NCBI GenBank assembly: GCA_900617105.1 | Contig: UYFQ01000163.1 | Span: forward strand, 62,001 to 112,421 | Length of the DNA: 50,421 bases | DNA from: Hydrurus foetidus | Taxonomy: Eukaryota | Direction: 5' to 3' | Shown here: positions 38,501 to 48,443 of the stretch, one piece after another | Layout of the letters: each line of letters starts with the position of its first letter | How positions within the stretch are numbered: position 1 is the first letter of the stretch | Made by a program: the position numbers and the translations under genes | Notes under the pieces: model-generated | Database searches by the model: none | The model's input: only the letters and a program-made list of their open reading frames with translations | What the model was told of the DNA's origin: nothing

Positions 38501-41500
38501 TCACAGTTGGTACCGCACTCGCACTAGGTGTCGATGACGGTGATGGTGTCACAGTTGGTACCGCACTCGCACTAGGTGTCGATGACGGTGATGGTGTCAC
38601 AGTTGGTACCGCACTCGCACTAGGTGTCGATGACGGTGATGGTGTCACAGTTGGTACCGCACTCGCACCAGGTGTCGATGACGGTGATGGTGTCACAGTT
38701 GGTACCGCACTCGCACTAGGTGTCGATGACGGTGATGGTGTCACAGTTGGTACCGCACTCGCACTAGGTGTCGATGACGGTGATGGTGTCACAGTTGGTA
38801 CCGCACTCGCACTAGGTGTCGATGACGGTGATGGTGTCACAGTTGGTACCGCACTCGCACCAGGTGTCGATGACGGTGATGGTGTCACAGTTGGTACCGC
38901 ACTCGCACTAGGTGTCGATGACGGTGATGGTGTCACAGTTGGTACCGCACTCGCACTAGGTGTCGATGACGGTGATGGTGTCACAGTTGGTACCGCACTC
39001 GCACTAGGTGTCGATGACGGTGATGGTGTCACAGTTGGTACCGCACTCGCACTAGGTGTCGATGACGGTGATGGTGTCACAGTTGGTACCGCACTCGCAC
39101 CAGGTGTCGATGACGGTGATGGTGTCACAGTTGGTACCAACTGTGCACTAGGTCATCGACACTAGTGCGATGCGGTGATGGTGTCACAGTTGGTACCGCA
39201 CTCGCACCAGGTGTCGATGACGGTGATGGTGTCACAGTTGGTACCGCACTCGCACTAGGTGTCGATGACGGTGATGGTGTCACAGTTGGTACCGCACTCG
39301 CACCAGGTCGATGACGATGGTGTCACAGTTGGTACCGCACTCGCACTAGGTGTCGATGACGGTGATGGTGTCACAGTTGGTACCGCACTCGCACTAGGTG
39401 TCGATGACGGTGATGGTGTCACAGTTGGTACCGCACTAGGTGTCGATGTAGAATCATTTGGTACCGCACTCGCACTAGGTGTCGATGACGGTGATGGTGT
39501 CACAGTTGGTACCGCACTCGCACTAGGTGTCGATGACGGTGATGGTGTCACAGTTGGTACCGCACTCGCACTAGGTGTCGATGACGGTGATGGTGTCACA
39601 GTTGGTACCGCACTCGCACTAGGTGTCGATGACGGTGATGGTGTCACAGTTGGTACCGCACTCGCACTAGGTGTCGATGACGGTGATGGTGTCACAGTTG
39701 GTACCGCACTCGCACTAGGTGTCGATGACGGTGATGGTGTCACAGTTGGTACCGCACTCGCACTAGGTGTCGATGACGGTGATGGTGTCACAGTTGGTAC
39801 CGCACTCGCACTAGGTGTCGATGACGGTGATGGTGTCACAGTTGGTACCGCACTCGCACTAGGTGTCGATGACGGTGATGGTGTCACAGTTGGTACCGCA
39901 CTCGCACTAGGTGTCGATGACGGTGATGGTGTCACAGTTGGTACCGCACTCGCACTAGGTGTCGATGACGGTGATGGTGTCACAGTTGGTACCGCACTCG
40001 CACTAGGTGTCGATGACGGTGATGGTGTCACAGTTGGTACCGCACTCGCACTAGGTGTCGATGACGGTGATGGTGTCACAGTTGGTACCGCACTCGCACT
40101 AGGTGTCGATGACGGTGATGGTGTCACAGTTGGTACCGCACTCGCACTAGGTGTCGATGACGGTGATGGTGTCACAGTTGGTACCGCACTCGCACTAGGT
40201 GTCGATGACGGTGATGGTGTCACAGTTGGTACCGCACTCGCACTAGGTGTCGATGACGGTGATGGTGTCACAGTTGGTACCGCACTCGCACTAGGTGTCG
40301 ATGACGGTGATGGTGTCACAGTTGGTACCGCACTCGCACCAGGTGTCGATGACGGTGATGGTGTCACAGTTGGTACCGCACTCGCACTAGGTGTCGATGA
40401 CGGTGATGGTGTCACAGTTGGTACCGCACTCGCACTAGGTGTCGATGACGGTGATGGTGTCACAGTTGGTACCGCACTCGCACTAGGTGTCGATGACGGT
40501 GATGGTGTCACAGTTGGTACCGCACTCGCACTAGGTGTCGATGACGGTGATGGTGTCACAGTTGGTACCGCACTCGCACTAGGTGTCGATGACGGTGATG
40601 GTGTCACAGTTGGTACCGCACTCGCACTAGGTGTCGATGACGGTGATGGTGTCACAGTTGGTACCGCACTCGCACTAGGTGTCGATGACGGTGATGGTGT
40701 CACAGTTGGTACCGCACTCGCACTAGGTGTCGATGACGGTGATGGTGTCACAGTTGGTACCGCACTCGCACCAGGTGTCGATGACGGTGATGGTGTCACA
40801 GTTGGTACCGCACTCGCACTAGGTGTCGATGACGGTGATGGTGTCACAGTTGGTACCGCACTCGCACTAGGTGTCGATGACGGTGATGGTGTCACAGTTG
40901 GTACCGCACTCGCACTAGGTGTCGATGACGGTGATGGTGTCACAGTTGGTACCGCACTCGCACTAGGTGTCGATGACGGTGATGGTGTCACAGTTGGTAC
41001 CGCACTCGCACTAGGTGTCGATGACGGTGATGGTGTCACAGTTGGTACCGCACTCGCACCAGGTGTCGATGACGGTGATGGTGTCTCAGTTGGTACCGCA
41101 CTCGCACTAGGTGTCGATGACGGTGATGGTGTCACAGTTGGTACCGCACTCGCACTAGGTGTCGATGACGGTGATGGTGTCACAGTTGGTACCGCACTCG
41201 CACTAGGTGTCGATGACGGTGATGGTGTCACAGTTGGTACCGCACTCGCACTAGGTGTCGATGACGGTGATGGTGTCACAGTTGGTACCGCACTCGCACT
41301 AGGTGTCGATGACGGTGATGGTGTCACAGTTGGTACCGCACTCGCACTAGGTGTCGATGACGGTGATGGTGTCACAGTTGGTACCGCACTCGCACTAGGT
41401 GTCGATGACGGTGATGGTGTCACAGTTGGTACCGCAGTAGGTGTCGATGGTGTCACAGTTGGTACCGCACTCGCACTAGGTGTCGATGACGGTGATGGTG

Positions 41501-44500
41501 TCACAGTTGGTACCGCACTCGCACTAGGTGTCGATGACGGTGATGGTGTCACAGTTGGTACCGCACTCGCACTAGGTGTCGATGACGGTGATGGTGTCAC
41601 AGTTGGTACCGCACTCGCACTAGGTGTCGATGACGGTGATGGTGTCACAGTTGGTACCGCACTCGCACTAGGTGTCGATGACGGTGATGGTGTCACAGTT
41701 GGTACCGCACTCGCACTAGGTGTCGATGGTGTCACAGTTGGTACCGCACTCGCACTAGGTGTCGATGACGGTGATGGTGTCACAGTTGGTACCGCACTCG
41801 CACTAGGTGTCGATGACGGTGATGGTGTCACAGTTGGTACCGCACTCGCACTAGGTGTCGATGACGGTGATGGTGTCACAGTTGGTACCGCACTCGCACT
41901 AGGTGTCGATGACGGTGATGGTGTCACAGTTGGTACCGCACTCGCACTAGGTGTCGATGACGGTGATGGTGTCACAGTTGGTACCGCACTCGCACTAGGT
42001 GTCGATGACGGTGATGGTGTCACAGTTGGTACCGCACTCGCACTAGGTGTCGATGACGGTGATGGTGTCACAGTTGGTACCGCACTCGCACTAGGTGTCG
42101 ATGACGGTGATGGTGTCACAGTTGGTACCGCACTCGCACTAGGTGTCGATGACGGTGATGGTGTCACAGTTGGTACCGCACTCGCACTAGGTGTCGATGA
42201 CGGTGATGGTGTCACAGTTGGTACCGCACTCGCACTAGGTGTCGATGACGGTGATGGTGTCTCAGTTGGTACCGCACTCGCACTAGGTGTCGATGACGGT
42301 GATGGTGTCTCAGTTGGTACCGCACTCGCACTAGGTGTCGATGACGGTGATGGTGTCACAGTTGGTACCGCACTCGCACTAGGTGTCGATGACGGTGATG
42401 GTGTCACAGTTGGTACCGCACTCGCACTAGGTGTCGATGACGGTGATGGTGTCACAGTTGGTACCGCACTCGCACTAGGTGTCGATGACGGTGATGGTGT
42501 CACAGTTGGTACCGCACTCGCACTAGGTGTCGATGACGGTGATGGTGTCACAGTTGGTACCGCACTCGCACTAGGTGTCGATGACGGTGATGGTGTCACA
42601 GTTGGTACCGCACTCGCACTAGGTGTCGATGACGGTGATGGTGTCACAGTTGGTACCGCACTCGCACTAGGTGTCGATGACGGTGATGGTGTCACAGTTG
42701 GTACCGCACTCGCACTAGGTGTCGATGACGGTGATGGTGTCACAGTTGGTACCGCACTCGCACTAGGTGTCGATGACGGTGATGGTGTCTCAGTTGGTAC
42801 CGCACTCGCACTAGGTGTCGATGACGGTGATGGTGTCACAGTTGGTACCGCACTCGCACTAGGTGTCGATGACGGTGATGGTGTCACAGTTGGTACCGCA
42901 CTCGCACTAGGTGTCGATGACGGTGATGGTGTCACAGTTGGTACCGCACTCGCACTAGGTGTCGATGACGGTGATGGTGTCACAGTTGGTACCGCACTCG
43001 CACTAGGTGTCGATGACGGTGATGGTGTCACAGTTGGTACCGCACTCGCACTAGGTGTCGATGACGGTGATGGTGTCACAGTTGGTACCGCACTCGCACT
43101 AGGTGTCGATGACGGTGATGGTGTCACAGTTGGTACCGCACTCGCACTAGGTGTCGATGACGGTGATGGTGTCACAGTTGGTACCGCACTCGCACTAGGT
43201 GTCGATGACGGTGATGGTGTCACAGTTGGTACCGCACTCGCACTAGGTGTCGATGACGGTGATGGTGTCACAGTTGGTACCGCACTCGCACTAGGTGTCG
43301 ATGACGGTGATGGTGTCACAGTTGGTACCGCACTCGCACTAGGTGTCGATGACGGTGATGGTGTCACAGTTGGTACCGCACTCGCACTAGGTGTCGATGA
43401 CGGTGATGGTGTCTCAGTTGGTACCGCACTCGCACTAGGTGTCGATGACGGTGATGGTGTCACAGTTGGTACCGCACTCGCACTAGGTGTCGATGACGGT
43501 GATGGTGTCACAGTTGGTACCGCACTCGCACTAGGTGTCGATGACGGTGATGGTGTCACAGTTGGTACCGCACTCGCACTAGGTGTCGATGACGGTGATG
43601 GTGTCACAGTTGGTACCGCACTCGCACTAGGTGTCGGTGATGGTGTCACAGTTGGTACCGCACTCGCACTAGGTGTCGATGACGGTGATGGTGTCACAGT
43701 TGGTACCGCACTCGCACTAGGTGTCGATGACGGTGATGGTGTCACAGTTGGTACCGCACTCGCACTAGGTGTCGATGACGGTGATGGTGTCACAGTTGGT
43801 ACCGCACTCGCACTAGGTGTCGATGACGGTGATGGTGTCACAGTTGGTACCGCACTCGCACTAGGTGTCGATGACGGTGATGGTGTCACAGTTGGTACCG
43901 CACTCGCACTAGGTGTCGATGACGGTGATGGTGTCACAGTTGGTACCGCACTCGCACTAGGTGTCGATGACGGTGATGGTGTCACAGTTGGTACCGCACT
44001 CGCACTAGGTGTCGATGACGGTGATGGTGTCACAGTTGGTACCGCACTCGCACTAGGTGTCGATGACGGTGATGGTGTCACAGTTGGTACCGCACTCGCA
44101 CTAGGTGTCGATGACGGTGATGGTGTCACAGTTGGTACCGCACTCGCACTAGGTGTCGATGACGGTGATGGTGTCACAGTTGGTACCGCACTAGGTGTCG
44201 ATGACGGTGATGGTGTCACAGTTGGTACCGCACTCGCACCAGGTGTCGATGACGGTGATGGTGTCACAGTTGGTACCGCACTCGCACTAGGTGTCGATGA
44301 CGGTGATGGTGTCACAGTTGGTACCGCACTCGCACTAGGTGTCGATGACGGTGATGGTGTCACAGTTGGTACCGCACTCGCACTAGGTGTCGATGACGGT
44401 GATGGTGTCACAGTTGGTACCGCACTCGCACTAGGTGTCGATGACGGTGATGGTGTCACAGTTGGTACCGCACTCGCACTAGGTGTCGATGACGGTGATG

Positions 44501-47500
44501 GTGTCACAGTTGGTACCGCACTCGCACCAGGTGTCGATGACGGTGATGGTGTCACAGTTGGTACCGCACTCGCACTAGGTGTCGATGACGGTGATGGTGT
44601 CACAGTTGGTACCGCACTCGCAATAGGTGTCGATGACGGTGATGGTGTCATGGTTGGTACCGCACTCGCACCAGGTGTCGATGACGGTGATGGTGTCACA
44701 GTTGGTACCGCACTCGCAATAGGTGTCGATGACGGTGATGGTGTCACAGTTGGTACCGCACTCGCACTAGGTGTCGATGACGGTGATGGTGTCACAGTTG
44801 GTACCGCACTAGGTTTCGATGGTATCACAGTTGGTACCGCACTCGCACTAGGTGTCGATGACGGTGATGGTGTCACAGTTGGTACCGCACTCGCACTAGG
44901 TGTCGATGACGGTGATGGTGTCACAGTTGGTACCGCACTCGCACCAGGTGTCGATGACGGTGATGGTGTCTCAGTTGGTACCGCACTCGCACTAGGTGTC
45001 GATGACGGTGATGGTGTCACAGTTGGTACCGCACTCGCACTAGGTGTCGATGACGGTGATGGTGTCACAGTTGGTACCGCACTCGCACCAGGTGTCGATG
45101 ACGGTGATGGTGTCACAGTTGGTACCGCACTCGCACTAGGTGTCGATGACGGTGATGGTGTCACAGTTGGTACCGCACTCGCACTAGGTGTCGATGACGG
45201 TGATGGTGTCTCAGTTGGTACCGCACTCGCACTAGGTGTCGATGACGGTGATGGTGTCACAGTTGGTACCGCACTCGCACTAGGTGTCGATGACGGTGAT
45301 GGTGTCACAGTTGGTACCGCACTCGCACTAGGTGTCGATGACGGTGATGGTGTCACAGTTGGTACCGCACTCGCACTAGGTGTCGATGACGGTGATGGTG
45401 TCACAGTTGGTACCGTTATAGGTTTTTCTGTTGTGGGCTTTTGATTGCTGGGTTGTTTGGTGGGTCCGGAGGGCTGAGGGGTGGGAGCAATGGAAGCTGG
45501 AAGATTTTATATAGTAAATAGTAGTAAGTTATTGATGTGAAGCCAATTACTTCACAGCTTTCAAAGTTGATATTCAATGATCTCACTTACGAGAATTATT
45601 GATTTCGGAGAAAAATCTGATGATTACTCGACCATCTCCGCCTGGATCTCCACCAATATTAGGATTCAGCGGATCGTTGTTACCGATTCCACCCATACCA
45701 ACAGGCAGCGAGTAACCGATCTACGGCAAGAAGACGGTTTACGTAATGAATGAATGAGCAATTCTTGTTGTATTTTATCAGCACATGTCATTTATATTTA
45801 CATAGAGATGACGTCGTTTTTCAGTCGAAGTTAGAGGTTTGAGGTGAAATTAACCTTGTCTCTGCCACCAGGTAAACCTAGGATAGGTATGCCTCCTGTG
45901 CCTGTTTCCTCATCGCTACTAGTATACCTCCCTCTTGTTCCTGGAGGAGAATAGAATAAGCAAATAATGGTGATAATATCTTGACATTTGGAGTGTTCAA
46001 AGTACACACTGCACTGTGCAATTTAGGGAGCGAAAGAATAATTCTTTTGCCTGCAATTATAATGTCGTACACATCCGAATACTTCTATTTTCTTCTAGGA
46101 AATGATCCTATTATAGTCTTGATAAAAATTTGCGATCAGGCGAAGGTTCGATGATTCGATTTGATGATTACCCGGGAGGGCCACGTAGGTGTTGGGGATG
46201 CAGCCTGGACCACTGCTGGACCCTCCACCTCCTCCTCCGTTAGTGCCTCTTGAGGCACTCCTATCTCACAAGAAACGCAGGAAGTGTATCCGATTAGAGG
46301 CATTATGTCGCGTATCTTGACTGATAACATTGTTCCTATCGAACTGCTAAGGGATACGTCACTCGTAACAGATTCGCATTTCTGCGCAGCAAATACGAAT
46401 TCGATCGGTAATACATACCCGCCACCTCCTCCGAAATACCCGCCCCCACCTCCGCCAGTCGTCTCTCTGTATTTGCCTACACAACCAGCTCCGCCTTTAC
46501 CGAAGAAGACATATATTTCGTGTCAGAAATTTGGCGTCGAAAATGGTAAAAGTAAAAGAGTAGCTAAGATGTTAAGAATGTTGATTTGTGAAATACCGTT
46601 GACTCCGTTTCCAGGGGAGCCTTCGCAGAGATCGTTGTCGGGAACCCCTTGAGCGCCAACAGTAGTATCTAGTAAAGGCGCATTCAAGATGAGGGGAATT
46701 AGGTGCTGATGGAGTTGAAAGATATTGAACTTGATTGTGATGTCAGGGTGTAGAGTTCATGGTTGCACGTCAATGGATGACGTGACACGACGCAGATAAC
46801 TCACTTGTTCCGGGCTTTCCGCTTCGGTTAGCTCCGATTTGAGTTACGGCTATTTGTTTTGCCCCACCCCCTGAATAGATAGAACGCATCGTTAGAAACC
46901 GTTTCATGATCAAAGCGAGAAACAATTTAGCAGTTTCAGTTAATTACCTCCACCACCGCAGATACTTAAACAGTCTGCGCCACCTCCTCCACCACCCGCC
47001 GCTATCACATCCTTCCCGGCGCGAGAAAATTGTATCGCGGATCGTCCGCCACCACCTGCCATTTGCAGATACTATAATCATCGACTTTTCTGCAATCTTG
47101 CTATATGCAATTTTTTTGTAAGACTCACCTCCAGCGACATTTCTTGGACCTTGTCCGCCATTACCACCGCCACCAAAACCTGACGAATTTGAGAAGGTGA
47201 TTATCTGTTCTAGCAACGCACAATTACCGATTGCCACAATATTGAAGTCATGCAACATCTGATCGGCACAAAAGTCCGTGAGGAGTCTATTAGGAAAATT
47301 TGCATATCTCACCGCCCCTCCCTCTGATATCAAGACCCTTCCCTCCACCAGCTACTAAATAGTAGAGGGTACTTTTCGGTACGACTGTTATGTTACATGA
47401 TGCAAAACCTCCTCCACCTCCAGGTGCAGTACGGAATTCTTCACCAATATTGTCTCCCGCGCTGTCGCCTCCTCCACCTCCACCCCATAGACTAACATGT

Positions 47501-47754
47501 ATCTTTGTTACTCCCTCTGGGATAAAAAAACTGTATGATCCTGGTACAGAGTATGAAAAAGCGGTGTTGCAAAACGTCGAAGCAGTTGCAATAGACCATG
47601 TTGCGTTAGGACAGCTGATGCATTGACTCCCATCCGATCCGTAAGATCCAATAGGACATGGTAAACACTTATTTTGTTCACAGTAATATCCTGCAGCAAC
47701 TGACTGACCGAAGCGACAAATGCTGTCGACGGCGGAGCATATTGGCGAAGCCAT
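23537..47754 (-). CDS. Giant (~7,600 aa) type-I membrane mucin-like protein: Cys-rich module + ALK/LTK-like glycine-rich head + Pro/Ser/Thr tandem-repeat stalk + TM + short tail (frame interrupted by probable assembly errors)
   Basis: Phase-consistent GT-AG exons 47754-47313, 47179-47129, 47055-46948, 46870-46805, 46668-46597, 46494-46419, 46260-46172, 45940-45855, 45720-45591, then giant exon 45496-23714 and a probable last exon 23618-23537. TM segment LSIIVFTIVGAFSLFLAVLLYCFCLTV is followed by KNNRKKNPR. No signal peptide found in the window. Confidence 0.8.
23876..24170 (-). repeat. 93-bp coding repeat, ~3 copies (PTFAPTLRPSNISFSPTSLPTVNSTAVKSSQ)
   Basis: Anchor CGTACYGTTCACAG at 23881, 23971, 24064 and 24157. 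Confidence 0.9.
24234..29648 (-). repeat. 120-bp coding minisatellite, ~45 copies (PTVEPTLTPTEPTLAPSPLSPASPSASSSPSPSQPTAPSG)
   Basis: Read directly; recurrent 108-bp (-12) and 126-bp (+6) length variants. Copy number estimated from length. Confidence 0.95.
29663..45415 (-). repeat. 48-bp coding minisatellite, ~330 copies (VPTVTPSPSSTPSASA)
   Basis: Plus-strand unit GGTGTCACAGTTGGTACCGCACTCGCACTAGGTGTCGATGACGGTGAT over ~15.75 kb, largely identical copies. Copy number estimated as length/48. Confidence 0.97.
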
Positions 47755-48076
47755 CGTCACTTATGGTATGTGATTGCAGTTCTCAGAATGAGATTCACAG
47801 TCACGGTATTGCGGTATACTGTATACAGTATGAAGTTGTTCCATAAGGGTGGCATCGTGAAGGAGCACTGGCAACTGGCAACTGGCACCGTGTGCGTGGG
47901 AGCGGAAGGGGGAAGGCCGTATCTGAGTCTCTTTTGAATTAAAATTATAATTTCAAACGGTGATCTGAAAATTTGATTTGATGTGTGAGAGGGTTGTGTT
48001 TTTTGTTTTTTTATCGTCATCATAATATAGATCTGGGATCCCCCCCGGTCATCCCTCCCTTCGGATCGTTACCCTA

Positions 48077-48148
48077 TGTTGGATATATCTGAGTTCATGA
48101 CACGAACACATTATGTGTACTTATGCATTCGTACAGCCGTACGGATTA

Positions 48149-48184
<36 letters not shown>

Positions 48185-48325
48185 CGCGTGCGAAGATGTA
48201 TGGACCCAAGCGGGACGCTGTACTTCAAGTGTAGTGTAGGTTTGAATTGTTGTTGCGTTGAAAGGGACTCGGGGACTTCAGCAGGGATGAAGCACAGTCA
48301 AATTAACAAGTGATTATTGACAACA
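48077..48325 (+). repeat. Candidate 5' LTR (TGTTG...CAACA, 249 bp) containing a (TG)16 microsatellite at 48151-48182
   Basis: 5-bp inverted termini just upstream of the gag ATG. The 3' LTR lies outside the window, so the boundaries are unverified; no clear PBS recognised. Confidence 0.5.
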
Positions 48326-48443
48326 AGCGTCTCATTTCACAAGCCTTGGTAATCGAACCTCCAGACCGAAGGTCCACGTTCCGAACTCGGGTGATCAGAA
48401 CCAAAAGGTTTTCCAACATAATTTGACTGGTACCGGCATTGAC

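Noticed and set aside
24234..45415. CRISPR array, or centromeric/telomeric satellite
   Set aside because: No unique spacers and no cas genes; eukaryotic context. Unit lengths and recurrent variants are multiples of 3 and are continuous with coding flanks.
23816..45444. Long plus-strand ORFs (1544 aa, 2061 aa, etc.) encoding GVTVGTALALGVDDGD / GDGDDDAD repeats
   Set aside because: Antisense shadows of the Pro/Ser/Thr repeat: a stop-free unit gives a stop-free array. Only the minus strand links by splice sites to a head domain and a TM anchor.
46495..46502. Apparent non-canonical CG splice acceptor in the glycine-rich head (TTCG/GTAAAGGC)
   Set aside because: A canonical AG six bases further on (TAAAG/GC) keeps the same frame.
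48345..48400. tRNA-Trp-like string (CTCCAGA...GAAGGT...GTTCCGAA...CCA) after the candidate LTR
   Set aside because: I could not build acceptor, D and T stems, and it is not in the orientation expected of a primer-binding site. A tRNAscan-SE run would settle it.
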